Under the pieces are notes generated by a model. The model was not told where the DNA came from, did no database searches, and saw only the letters and a list, made by a program, of their open reading frames with translations. From NCBI GenBank assembly GCA_001761425.1, contig CP012986.1:575980-639979 (forward strand): a stretch of DNA of 64,000 nucleotides, in the 5' to 3' direction. Below are positions 28,326-37,565 of this stretch, one piece after another; within the stretch, counting starts at the first letter, position 1, and the number at the start of each line of letters is the position of its first letter. The DNA is from Nanohaloarchaea archaeon SG9. Lineage in GTDB: Archaea > Nanohalarchaeota > Nanosalinia > Nanosalinales > Nanosalinaceae. Position numbers and translations under genes: made by a program.

Positions 28326-28946
28326 ATGAATCCGATTGAGGGCTTTGTAGAACGCTCCCATAGCCCTGAGAAAAGAGAGGATGAAAGAATAATAGAGGAA
28401 AGCAAACAGTTAAACGAGGATGGGAACAGGAAAGTCTATAGAGGCCTCAGAAATGATTATCTGGTGCCTCAAAGGAAGAAAGATGAGATCAGACAGGTCT
28501 ACAGGGATCTCAACGGTTCTGCCCGCGTTGTAGACATCTGGATCTTCACAGATGGTGAGCAGGACCTCGTGAAGAAAGACGACGTCCCGCAGAGTTTCGA
28601 GGACGCACTGGAAGAATACGGCCTGGACCACGTAGTCAGGGAATCGGTAGAGGTTTTCGAGAGCTTTGCTGAAAACGGTTATACGTACTGCGATCTATCG
28701 CCGGATAACGTAAGATTCCAGGACGGGAAGGCCCTGGCGATAGATTATCTAGATGAGGAAGCAGTTGAACCCCTAGAAGATAACGAAGAATTCTCCGCAG
28801 CAATGACATATCACCTTTTCACAGAAGAACTGGCGGAGATAGCTGAACAGGACCGGGAAACAATTGAGAGAAAGATAGGCCGGTACTCAAAACATCTGGA
28901 CGCAGAAGAATACACAGGCAACCCTTTGATCGATTTTACTTTCTAG
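28326..28946 (+). CDS. hypothetical protein with an atypical kinase-like catalytic segment (RIO/Kdo-kinase-like)
   Basis: 206 aa. YCDLSPDNVRFQDGKALAIDY resembles the HGDLsxxN...D catalytic/metal-binding loops of small atypical protein kinases. No glycine-rich loop is seen, so the assignment is weak. Confidence 0.45.
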   Translation: MNPIEGFVERSHSPEKREDERIIEESKQLNEDGNRKVYRGLRNDYLVPQRKKDEIRQVYRDLNGSARVVDIWIFTDGEQDLVKKDDVPQSFEDALEEYGLDHVVRESVEVFESFAENGYTYCDLSPDNVRFQDGKALAIDYLDEEAVEPLEDNEEFSAAMTYHLFTEELAEIAEQDRETIERKIGRYSKHLDAEEYTGNPLIDFTF

Positions 28947-29265
28947 CCGGTCTGAACGAAATCCTGTAAAATCCTCGGTCATAACCTTTAACCGAGCGAT
29001 CAGATACTCCATCAACCGGACTTGAATCACGGTACTTCTTTTCCGGTTTCACAACCCACTCCCAGCTCTCCATAACACCTTCCTTTCGAGCATCCTCAAG
29101 AACAGACCTGACCTCCTGGGAAATCCTCCTGAGGTCCCCGGAGATCTCTACCACATCAGAACCGGATACAGGCCTGGAAAAAAGCTCTACACGCAGACTA
29201 CCAGAAAACCGCCTAACAGCCTTCACACCTTCAAGGCCTTTCAGTTCGCCAACGACCTTCTCCAT
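28936..29265 (-). CDS. hypothetical protein
   Basis: 109-aa ORF in a gap otherwise lacking genes. Its composition is R-rich rather than acidic. Its end overlaps the convergent gene by 11 nt. Confidence 0.4.
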   Translation of the reverse strand: MEKVVGELKGLEGVKAVRRFSGSLRVELFSRPVSGSDVVEISGDLRRISQEVRSVLEDARKEGVMESWEWVVKPEKKYRDSSPVDGVSDRSVKGYDRGFYRISFRPARK

Positions 29266-29372
29266 GAACCAGTTTTAGACAACAACCGATAAAAAACACG
29301 CAAAGAGGTATATACAGTGAAAAGGCCTTCAGGATGAACTCTGGAAATTTTTTTCTGTAGACTCTGGTTTTG

Positions 29373-30824
29373 CTAGAGTTTTTCTCCTAGGACTGTTTCC
29401 TCTTCTAGGAGTGTGTCTACAGTCCTGTCGAATTCTCCGCTCTGTTCTTTTTCTTCCAGGATCTGGTCGGCTTTCTGCAGGGCTGCTACTTTAACTGCGG
29501 ACTGGCCTACAGGCAGTTGACCTCTTTCTGCGGAGTTAAGTATGTTGAGACTTTCCATGAGTTCTGCGAGCTTGTCTTGATCCTCTGAGAGGTTCTGCAT
29601 AAGGTCATTGAGTTCGCTCCTGTCTACCATCGATTCTATGTTAGGTTCTGTTTCCTCGTCCACGAAGTTATGATAGAAGGTATCTATATCCATGACTTCT
29701 TCCATCTGTTCTGTTAGGCTGTCTGCCTTCTTGAGATCTCCGCTCAGGCCTCCCATAGGATCGTATCCCTTCCTCTTCTCGGCTACGTAACCTGCCAGCA
29801 TTGTCGCTGCGTATTCGAGGCCTTTGTCAAAGTCCATGCCTGTGCCTGGATTTACAAGGTATGTTTGGCCAAGTGATTCGATCTGCGGTTCGATAGTTAC
29901 AATCGGTGTTCCGATTCCTACTTCGCTGGCTACGTGATAATGCCCGGCTTCGTGTACGGCAGTTTTCTCTCTTTCCTCCTTGCTCCGGGTGACATCGTTT
30001 TTCTGTTTCAGCCGATCCTGTACCAGCTCCTGAGCCAGGTCTTCTGTGGTCACCTCTAGGTCTGATCCATCAGTGTCCATTTCCTTTCTCATCAATGCGT
30101 TGGTATAGGCCTGGTTCACAAGGGCCTCTATATCTGCGGGTGTTGCCCGATCGTTGAACATCATGGCCAGTGATTCTGCATCTACATCATGTTCATCGTA
30201 TTTCCTGTCTACATAATGCTGGATTAGATGTTCACGCTGTTCCTGAGACGGTGTTGAGAAGTGATAATCTTCCAGACGGCCCTTTCTGAACAGCGCTCTA
30301 TCCGAATCATTTGAACGAGAAGGTATCTCGTTAGCTGTGCCCATGAAAAAGACTCCAGGAGAACTCGAACCTCCTGCACCTGAAAGTTGCTGCATGAGCT
30401 TGGTAGCCTGATCGCTCTTGCTACGTCCATTAAGATCAAACACGTCATCGAACTCATCCTGAAACAGCAAAACAGGATTACCGGTCTCCTCAAAATACTC
30501 TGTCGCAGCACTATATACATCATCCACCTCATTCGTCGGACTCCGGTCATTCCAGTCAAACTGTTGTGCATCTACAAAGGCAGCATCAGCCTCAGTAGCT
30601 GCATACCTCGACATCATGGTCTTTCCAGTACCACGTTTACCGACAAAGACAACGCCAGAAGGAAACTCCGCTCCCTGATCCTCAAAATACTCCAGATTAT
30701 TAATATAGGTAGCCAACTTATCAACAAAACCTTTAGTATGATCAAGGCCTACTATATCATCCGCTCTAACCTCCTCATAATCCGATTCCTCCAGAGGATC
30801 AGGCAGATCATAACCATCAGTCAT
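29373..30824 (-). CDS. FtsH-like AAA+ ATPase fused to an M41-type zinc metalloprotease domain, lacking any transmembrane segment (predicted soluble)
   Basis: 483 aa. The AAA module has Walker A VFVGKRGTGKT, Walker B LLFQDEFDD and sensor-1 MGTAN. The C-terminal half has the HEXXH motif (TAVHEAGHYHV) followed by an FtsH-like peptidase segment (IESLGQTYLVNPGTGMD...MLAGYVAE). The N-terminus (MTDGYDLPDPLEE) is hydrophilic with no TM helix. Confidence 0.7.
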   Translation of the reverse strand: MTDGYDLPDPLEESDYEEVRADDIVGLDHTKGFVDKLATYINNLEYFEDQGAEFPSGVVFVGKRGTGKTMMSRYAATEADAAFVDAQQFDWNDRSPTNEVDDVYSAATEYFEETGNPVLLFQDEFDDVFDLNGRSKSDQATKLMQQLSGAGGSSSPGVFFMGTANEIPSRSNDSDRALFRKGRLEDYHFSTPSQEQREHLIQHYVDRKYDEHDVDAESLAMMFNDRATPADIEALVNQAYTNALMRKEMDTDGSDLEVTTEDLAQELVQDRLKQKNDVTRSKEEREKTAVHEAGHYHVASEVGIGTPIVTIEPQIESLGQTYLVNPGTGMDFDKGLEYAATMLAGYVAEKRKGYDPMGGLSGDLKKADSLTEQMEEVMDIDTFYHNFVDEETEPNIESMVDRSELNDLMQNLSEDQDKLAELMESLNILNSAERGQLPVGQSAVKVAALQKADQILEEKEQSGEFDRTVDTLLEEETVLGEKL

Positions 30825-30861
30825 ATGTTGTTACTTAACAGTAACACTTAAGTAGTTGTCG

Positions 30862-31431
30862 TTATTTCGTATCAAGAATAAGTTCTGTCCTGTTCTTCAG
30901 CCTCCACTGAACGCTGTCACCTTCTTCCAGCTTCACGATCGCTGACAGTGTCTCCGGGATCTGAACCTTCTTGAAACCATCTTTCCCATCCTGGACTGAG
31001 GCCTCTCCAGCTCTATCGGAGGATCTGAAGCTGTAGGCCTCGATATTCTCCGCATCCATTTTATCCGTCACTTTTTCGTTTGAGTCAGTGAAAAGGATTT
31101 CTGTCCTGATCTCTCTGAAATCTTTCAGCCATTTTAACTGGCTGTGCCTCAAGCCATCGCCCTCTCCTTTGACCTCTACGAAGCAGTAATCTCCGTTGTC
31201 GTCAAAAGCCAGGAAATCCGGTATGCCAGGCCTGAAAACGTTTCCAAGATCTTCAACTCCTTCCCTTCTGACTTTTTCGCTTACCAGGTCACAGGCCTTC
31301 GGAAACTTTTCCTGGAAATCCTCCATAACACCTGGACTGGTCCGTATTACATTGTCCCAGTTACTTTCCAGTACTTCTCTGGCAGCCTTTTCTGTCGGTG
31401 TCAGACCTGGTTTTTCCTCGAAAGGTATCAT
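30862..31431 (-). CDS. VRR-NUC-type PD-(D/E)xK nuclease domain fused to a C-terminal AbrB/SpoVT-like DNA-binding domain
   Basis: 189 aa. GIPDFLAFDDNGDYCFVEVKGEGDGLRHSQLKWL matches the VRR-NUC motif (PD...EVK...Q). The C-terminal VQIPETLSAIVKLEEGDSVQWRL resembles the AbrB/MazE looped-hinge helix. Confidence 0.6.
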   Translation of the reverse strand: MIPFEEKPGLTPTEKAAREVLESNWDNVIRTSPGVMEDFQEKFPKACDLVSEKVRREGVEDLGNVFRPGIPDFLAFDDNGDYCFVEVKGEGDGLRHSQLKWLKDFREIRTEILFTDSNEKVTDKMDAENIEAYSFRSSDRAGEASVQDGKDGFKKVQIPETLSAIVKLEEGDSVQWRLKNRTELILDTK

Positions 31432-31568
31432 AAACAGTTACCGGGTTCCGATCTTTTTATCTGCTAAAACCTCTGTAGAATAATAACTGGAACCGAAAAA
31501 TAATACACTGAGAGGAATCCGAGGAAAAGAAGAATAAACCTGGAGGAGGGATCTGAGGCCTTAATTTT

Positions 31569-32432
31569 CTACTGCTGTCCTTCTTTCAGGTCCTCTATCT
31601 TTCCCTTGATCTCTTCACCCATTTCCTCTCCGTTCATGTCTTCAAGGTTTCCTATATCAAAGCTGGAGAGGTCTATATCGCTCACGTTATCCAGGACCTG
31701 CTGGAGGCCTTTCTCGTTTTCCTCTGACTGGAATCCTCCGATCAGTTCTGTCGGGAAGGTTACAATGGTGGAGTTTTCCGCTGCTACAGAGTCCAGAGTC
31801 TGTAGCGTTCTCATGCGGTAGCCTTTGTCACCGATGATCTCTGAGGCCTGACGTAGCTTGACTGCTGCTTCCAGTTCTCCCTGTGCGTTCGTTCTCCTTG
31901 CTCTTCTGTCTCTTTCTGCTTCTGCCTGGGCTGCCATTGCTCTTTCCATCTTTTCCGGCAGATTTATGTTCTGTATCTCGACGTCCAGTACTCTCACTCC
32001 AAAGCTGTCGGTCTTATTGTCCAGCTGGCTTTTGATCTCGTCTCCGATCTCGTCTCTTCTTTGCAGCAGATCGTCCAGTTCCTTTTTACCGACAAGATCT
32101 CTTAAAATACTTGTAGCGTAGTTCAGTGTCTGTTTCTTGTAATCCCCTACATTTACGATCGCGTCCTTGACGTCCTCTGTATTCTCCTTTACCTCGAAAA
32201 AGACCACGCCGTCCACTGAAACCGGGATGTTATCCCTAGTAATCGCCTCCTGCTTCATCACATCCACAGAATCCTCATAGACCGGCACAGTCACCGGCTT
32301 CTCAATAAAAGGTATCTTGAAATGCAGGCCTGATTTTCTGCTTCTTGAATAGCTACCAAATCTCAGGACGATACTTCTCTCCCATTCATCGTTCGTGAAA
32401 AACGGAAAAGGCCCTGAAAGCGAAAAACCCAT
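31569..32432 (-). CDS. SPFH/band-7 (stomatin/prohibitin-like) domain protein
   Basis: 287 aa. EWERSIVLRFGSY...ITRDNIPVSVDGVVFFEV is an SPFH core. It has an Ala/Glu/Arg-rich coiled-coil segment and an acidic C-terminal tail. Confidence 0.8.
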   Translation of the reverse strand: MGFSLSGPFPFFTNDEWERSIVLRFGSYSRSRKSGLHFKIPFIEKPVTVPVYEDSVDVMKQEAITRDNIPVSVDGVVFFEVKENTEDVKDAIVNVGDYKKQTLNYATSILRDLVGKKELDDLLQRRDEIGDEIKSQLDNKTDSFGVRVLDVEIQNINLPEKMERAMAAQAEAERDRRARRTNAQGELEAAVKLRQASEIIGDKGYRMRTLQTLDSVAAENSTIVTFPTELIGGFQSEENEKGLQQVLDNVSDIDLSSFDIGNLEDMNGEEMGEEIKGKIEDLKEGQQ

Positions 32433-32528
32433 CTCAATTATCCACCTAGAAAAAAATTTATCGGCTCGGCGATTTATATGTAACGGAGATACGAAAGAAA
32501 TTATAACAGAGAGTCAGAACACGCAAAC

Positions 32529-33383
32529 ATGAGACAGAAAACCGTACTCCTCATCCTCATAACCCTTATCGCATCAGGATGCACATCGACAGAAAACACA
32601 GAAACTCCAGAACAGAAGATGCAAGAACTCGTAAACCAGAGCCAAAATACCACGTACCAGGTAAAATACACGGCTACAGGCCCTGAAGCACCTGAAAACA
32701 CAGAAATCACGGTAAAAGGCCTTGAAGGAGGAGAAGTATACACTGTCGACAGGGAAACGCCGGGAGGAACTGTCTCGACAAAGGCCTATGTCCTGGAAGA
32801 AAAAACAGTTGTCTGCGGAACCGATCCCTCCAGTGAAAGCGTTTCATGCACAGTCGGAGAAGGAGAAGTCATTCAGAAGATGCTCCAGATCGAAAAATGG
32901 ACTCTGAAGAATCTGACCTATACCGGCGAAAAAAACATCTCTGGAAGAGTTTGTAAAGCCTTCTCAGCATCGGCAGAAAAAGCTGAAAGAAAAGGCCTTA
33001 CATCTACAGAAACAGATCTGGACTTCTGTCTTGACTTCGCCAACGGTTTTCCATCCGGCATCGAAGTAATCGGAGACGGAACCATACTGAACTTTACGGC
33101 GGAAAACGTAGAGACAAATACTGGCGGAGAACTGGAACTGCCGAAAACCTTAGGCGTCACACCTCACTGCACTGACTCCTATGAAATCGATCTCACACCC
33201 CTGAAACAGGTGGAGGAGGCTGAGATAGAACTGAACAGTTACTCGAAGATTGTCAGGCTTCCCAAAAGGTTTGAAACACAGTCCTACAACATACCTGAGC
33301 AGAAGATAGACGAGGGAGAAAACAACATCACAGTCAGAACAGAGGGAGAAATTAGTCACATAATCTGCTACAGAAGGCCTTAG
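32529..33383 (+). CDS. secreted lipoprotein, function unknown
   Basis: 284 aa. MRQKTVLLILITLIASGC is a signal peptide with a lipobox-like cysteine. The rest is Thr/Glu-rich with several Cys and N-x-S/T sequons. Confidence 0.65.
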   Translation: MRQKTVLLILITLIASGCTSTENTETPEQKMQELVNQSQNTTYQVKYTATGPEAPENTEITVKGLEGGEVYTVDRETPGGTVSTKAYVLEEKTVVCGTDPSSESVSCTVGEGEVIQKMLQIEKWTLKNLTYTGEKNISGRVCKAFSASAEKAERKGLTSTETDLDFCLDFANGFPSGIEVIGDGTILNFTAENVETNTGGELELPKTLGVTPHCTDSYEIDLTPLKQVEEAEIELNSYSKIVRLPKRFETQSYNIPEQKIDEGENNITVRTEGEISHIICYRRP

Positions 33384-33425
33384 TAAGCGGATAAAAAATT
33401 ACAGTTCAAAATTAGGAACCCAGAG

Positions 33426-33731
33426 ATGAACTCCGGGACCACAGTTCTTGAAGACGAAGACGAGGAGGAACAGGACAGCTGGAGGTACATGCATTTCCGG
33501 GGCCATGTCTCGGATCAGGAAGTCGAGAAAGCACTTGAACGGAAGTACAGCCATGTCTACAGTACTTTTGTCGAACCTGTTCTCGAAACAGGAGAAGAGT
33601 TCTCTGTCCAGGAACTGATGAACGAGATAAGGCCTCCATACAGTGAGGATGAGATCCAGGGAGCGCTCCAGTACGGTGTTGAGAACGAAGGCCTTGAATA
33701 TGTTTCCAGTGATTCTGTGAAGAAGATTTAA
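33426..33731 (+). CDS. small acidic protein immediately upstream of the Mre11/Rad50-like pair
   Basis: 101-aa ORF ending 6 nt before the Mre11-like start, probably co-transcribed with it. Confidence 0.5.
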   Translation: MNSGTTVLEDEDEEEQDSWRYMHFRGHVSDQEVEKALERKYSHVYSTFVEPVLETGEEFSVQELMNEIRPPYSEDEIQGALQYGVENEGLEYVSSDSVKKI

Positions 33732-33737
33732 GGCTCG

Positions 33738-34787
33738 GTGAATAAATCTGGAGATGTGAGGATAGTTCATACTGCGGACGTCCATCTCTCACAGGACCAC
33801 CCTGAGAGGACGGAAGCGCTTGAAGAGATCATAGAAATATGTGAAAAAGAAAAGGCCGAACTACTTCTGATCACGGGAGACCTCTTCGATGCAAACGTAA
33901 ATATAGAAAATTTGAAGACCGAAGTAAGGCCTCTATTCTCGGAAAACAGTTTCCAGACACTTGTAATACCTGGAAACCACGATAGATCCGCCTTCAGACA
34001 GGAGGATTACTTCGGGGAAGACATCGAAATCCTGCAGGACAAAACTTACTCACAGAAACTGTTCGACGATGTAAACATAGTATCACTGCCTTATACTAGT
34101 AAATCTTTCTCGGAGCTTGTTCAGCCTCTTTCAGAAGCCGTCGAGGAGGACAGGGAAAATATAATGATGATTCACTGTACACTGGCAGGAGCTTCAGGAG
34201 GCTTTGGAGAGGAGACAGAATATCTTCCTGTAAAGCCTTCGGAGATAGTTCAGACAGGTTTTGACTACGTTCTAGCCGGACACATCCATTCATCGGCGAC
34301 AAGAAAAACCTTTGGACAAACCACTTTCGCCTACTCCGGATCACCTGTCTCCATATCAAGCACCGAGATAGGAAAGAGAAAAATCTGGATCCTGGATACA
34401 GAAAAAGGCCTGGAAACCCGCGAAATCGACACAGAATACTTCATAAGAAAGGAAAAAGAGCTTCTGCCCGGAGAGGAAGAAAAAATAGAGGAGGAGATAG
34501 AAGAGGATCTGGAGGAAAAAGACCTGGAAAAGGCCTCAGTTAAAGTAAAGATCCGGGGATTTACAGAGGAGAATGTAGAAGAAATTTCAGAAAGGGTCGA
34601 GAAAACACTGAAAGGCCTTGATCCTGCGGAGGTCAGCGTTGACACATTGAATCTTGAATCTGTTTCCTCGATTGTAGATTCGGAGATCTACAGAGAGTTC
34701 AGGAGGAAGATGGAGGAAAAAAGCTTTGAAAACCCGGAGGAAGTCGAGGAAAAGTTTTTGAGAGGTCTTTCAAGACATGAGCGATAA
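33738..34787 (+). CDS. Mre11/SbcD-family metallophosphoesterase nuclease
   Basis: 349 aa. The phosphoesterase motifs are IVHTADVHL (I), ITGDLFD (II), IPGNHD (III) and LAGHIHS (V). The C-terminal third is acidic and coiled-coil-like. The stop overlaps the start of the Rad50-like gene. Confidence 0.8.
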   Translation: MNKSGDVRIVHTADVHLSQDHPERTEALEEIIEICEKEKAELLLITGDLFDANVNIENLKTEVRPLFSENSFQTLVIPGNHDRSAFRQEDYFGEDIEILQDKTYSQKLFDDVNIVSLPYTSKSFSELVQPLSEAVEEDRENIMMIHCTLAGASGGFGEETEYLPVKPSEIVQTGFDYVLAGHIHSSATRKTFGQTTFAYSGSPVSISSTEIGKRKIWILDTEKGLETREIDTEYFIRKEKELLPGEEEKIEEEIEEDLEEKDLEKASVKVKIRGFTEENVEEISERVEKTLKGLDPAEVSVDTLNLESVSSIVDSEIYREFRRKMEEKSFENPEEVEEKFLRGLSRHER

Positions 34788-36747
34788 ACTGGAGATCAAG
34801 AAAGTGGATATAAGTCATTACGGACCGGTTCATGACCTGGAACTGGATATAGGGGAGGGCCTGAACGCCTTCTACGGGAAGAACGAGTCAGGTAAGACAT
34901 TGATCGTCGAGGCCCTGACAAAGATGCTTACAGAAGATTCCTCCGATTTTGACGGGATCGGCCGTGTCCCTCAACAGCCTAACGGCCTTCTAACCGTGGA
35001 AAAAGATGGCAGAGAGTTCGATGTTTCCCAGGAAAGCCTTGGAGAGATATTCGGTGACGTGACTGCTGGAGATATCAGGAACGCGTTTGTTGTCCGGGAC
35101 TTTGATCTCAGGCTTCCGGAGAGGGAAAACGATTTCGGCAACGGCGATTACTTCAAAGACGTGACCGACAGGGTTCTCGGCTCGAAGACCCAGAAAATAG
35201 AATCTCTGCGAAGTGAAATATCGGATGTAGGCTTCCTGACCAACAAAACCAGTGAAGCAGGCCTTGAAAACAGGAAAAGTTCAGGAAAACTGGCTGACAG
35301 GAAAGAGAAAGCCGAAAGCCTGAGAAACGAGATCGAAGAATTCACGGATCAAGTCGAAGAGGAAGACCTTTACGGGAAGTACTCGAAGATAGACTCTCTG
35401 GAGAAAAAGATAAATTCGAAACACAGAGAAATAAACGAGCTGGAAAACGCCAGGAAACAGAAAAAACACGGTAAAGGCCTTCAACTACTGAAAAATCTCA
35501 GACAGGCAGAGGAAAAAATCCAGGAAATCAAAAAGGAGAGACACGGATTCGAGGAACTGGACGAACTCAGGAAAAAAGCTGAGGCCTTCCAGGAAAAAGA
35601 GGTAAAGGTCCAGGGTTCAAAAACAGGAGCTCTGGTATCAGGCCTTGTATCTCTGAGTGCCTTCACCGCAGCCGCGTTCAACCCTGTACTCCTCGTTATC
35701 GGTGCAGCCGTTGTTTCCCTATTCGTCGCAGCTTTCTTCGCTGAAAAATACAGGAGAAGTTCAAAGCAGGTCAGGAAGCAGGAGAAAGAAAAAGAAAAAA
35801 TTATAGAAAATGCAGAGGCCAGAGAAATCGAAACTTCTTCAATACCTGGCGTTGTCAAAGCAGTGGACAGCTACGAGGAAGAACTGGATAGAAAAGAGAA
35901 AAAAGCCGACAAAAGGAAAAGCCAGACACTGGGCGAGCTTAAAGGCCTTTTCAACGCTGACCTGGAGAGCATAGAGGACTGGCAGAAGGAGCTGGACAGT
36001 TTCTCCAACAGTTTTGAATCTGTCGACCGACAGTTCGAAGAAGGAGACCTCGAAAAAGCTGAAAAAAACGTTGAAGAGCTTGAAACGAAGAAAGAAAGTC
36101 TTGAAGAAGACATAGAAGAATACGATGAAGTGATCGCCAATTTTGACACAGCTATTTCGGATGCGATAGCCGAAAGGTTCGTGGAGAACGAGGTAGTTGA
36201 CCTGGCTACTGTCCAGGATCTTGATAAGGCCTTGAGGCAGCTAGATGAATTTATCTCGACTCTTGAAGACGGTGTTCAGGCCTCTGTTGATGCTATCAGT
36301 GTGCTTGAAGAGATGGAGGAGGAAGAGGAGGATGAGTTCAACAAAGTGTTCGATGAGGGCAGTTATGCTGTCGAAATGTTCAGGGAGGCGACAGACAGTA
36401 ACTACACTGATATAAAGTATGATAAGGCCTCTAGGAAGATCAAGGTCGTGCGTAAGGATGATAGAGAGCTTGAGCCGGAGGCCCTGAGTCAGGGGACGTA
36501 TGATCTTCTGTACATGGCTGTCAGGTTGAAGCTTGCGAAAGAGATTCTTGGAGGTCCTGGCTTCCTGATACTGGATAATGCCTTCGTTCACTCGGATAGA
36601 GAAAGAGTGGAAAAAGAGATCGAGTTCCTGGAAAAACTTGAGGATGAAGGATGGCAGATAATCTATTTCACGTTTAGAGATGACGTAAGAAAGATTCTCG
36701 AGGAAAGAACAGAAGTTGAGGACCTTGAAGGCCTTCAATTCCAGTAA
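34777..36747 (+). CDS. Rad50/SbcC-like SMC-type ATPase, short (656 aa), with a central ~40-residue hydrophobic hairpin in place of a zinc hook
   Basis: The N-terminus has Walker A FYGKNESGKT. The C-terminus has the signature LSQGT, Walker-B-like FLILDNAF and a D-loop HSD. The middle is a K/E-rich coiled coil interrupted by GALVSGLVSLSAFTAAAFNPVLLVIGAAVVSLFVAAFFAEKY. The protein contains no cysteine, so no CxxC hook is possible. Confidence 0.75.
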   Translation: MSDKLEIKKVDISHYGPVHDLELDIGEGLNAFYGKNESGKTLIVEALTKMLTEDSSDFDGIGRVPQQPNGLLTVEKDGREFDVSQESLGEIFGDVTAGDIRNAFVVRDFDLRLPERENDFGNGDYFKDVTDRVLGSKTQKIESLRSEISDVGFLTNKTSEAGLENRKSSGKLADRKEKAESLRNEIEEFTDQVEEEDLYGKYSKIDSLEKKINSKHREINELENARKQKKHGKGLQLLKNLRQAEEKIQEIKKERHGFEELDELRKKAEAFQEKEVKVQGSKTGALVSGLVSLSAFTAAAFNPVLLVIGAAVVSLFVAAFFAEKYRRSSKQVRKQEKEKEKIIENAEAREIETSSIPGVVKAVDSYEEELDRKEKKADKRKSQTLGELKGLFNADLESIEDWQKELDSFSNSFESVDRQFEEGDLEKAEKNVEELETKKESLEEDIEEYDEVIANFDTAISDAIAERFVENEVVDLATVQDLDKALRQLDEFISTLEDGVQASVDAISVLEEMEEEEEDEFNKVFDEGSYAVEMFREATDSNYTDIKYDKASRKIKVVRKDDRELEPEALSQGTYDLLYMAVRLKLAKEILGGPGFLILDNAFVHSDRERVEKEIEFLEKLEDEGWQIIYFTFRDDVRKILEERTEVEDLEGLQFQ

Positions 36748-36776
36748 AAAACAGGGTTAAATAAGGAAAAAAGGAT

Positions 36777-37157
36777 TTACTTTTCTGAGGCCTCTTCTTC
36801 GGCTTTTTCGCTTTCTTTGTTGTCGAGGAATGGTTGGCAGATTTTGTGGCTGAAGGATTTGAAGTAGAAGATCGATACTGTGAATGACAGTGATACTGCT
36901 GCTATCAGGACTGCGATAAACAGGTAGTTGGCAAACCTGACAAGTGGATGGCATCCGCACAGCACCATGTCGCTTGATGCGATAATTGAGAGCCTGGAAA
37001 AGGCCTGGAGAGCGACCAGGAACATCACTCCCGATACCAGTATATCTTTCTCCTTGCTCGTGTCGAACATAAGGAAACAGTCGAGGTTTCTACTATTATA
37101 CTTTTGTGAAACAGTAATGGAACCCGGATCTTTTTTCCGGAACCTTTTTCCATTCAA
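36777..37157 (-). CDS. hypothetical small membrane protein
   Basis: An ORF with 2-3 hydrophobic helices and an acidic C-terminal tail. The start is probably the internal Met (end about 37070). This call is weak. Confidence 0.35.
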   Translation of the reverse strand: MNGKRFRKKDPGSITVSQKYNSRNLDCFLMFDTSKEKDILVSGVMFLVALQAFSRLSIIASSDMVLCGCHPLVRFANYLFIAVLIAAVSLSFTVSIFYFKSFSHKICQPFLDNKESEKAEEEASEK

Positions 37158-37174
37158 AACACTGTATTATCTTT

Positions 37175-37447
37175 ATGAAACAGGTCCATCTCATGATCTC
37201 CGGTAACGTCCAGGGTGTCGGATTCAGGGCTTCGATGCGGAGAAGAGCCAGGAACAACGATGTCACAGGATGGGTGAAAAACCTAGAGAACGGGAAAGTA
37301 GAAGCAGTTCTTGAAGGCGAGAAAGACAGTGTAGCAAAAATAATGGAATGGGCGAGAAAAGGCCCCAGCATCGCAAATGTAGAAAATATCGAACTAGAGG
37401 AAAAAGAGCCGGAGTATATCGAGACATTCAAAATCAAAAGAAACTAA
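37175..37447 (+). CDS. acyP: acylphosphatase
   Basis: 90 aa. ISGNVQGVGFR and GWVKNLENGKVEAVLEG match the two acylphosphatase signatures. Confidence 0.9.
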   Translation: MKQVHLMISGNVQGVGFRASMRRRARNNDVTGWVKNLENGKVEAVLEGEKDSVAKIMEWARKGPSIANVENIELEEKEPEYIETFKIKRN

Positions 37448-37565
37448 GCTTGAAAAGGCCTGAACTCCCCGTAATTCCTAGCGTTTGGTTCGAGGCCTTG
37501 AGATTTTTCCACAGGTTCAGGATATTGAAAAAGGTTTCTGTTCTAAGTGATTTTTTATTGAGGAG

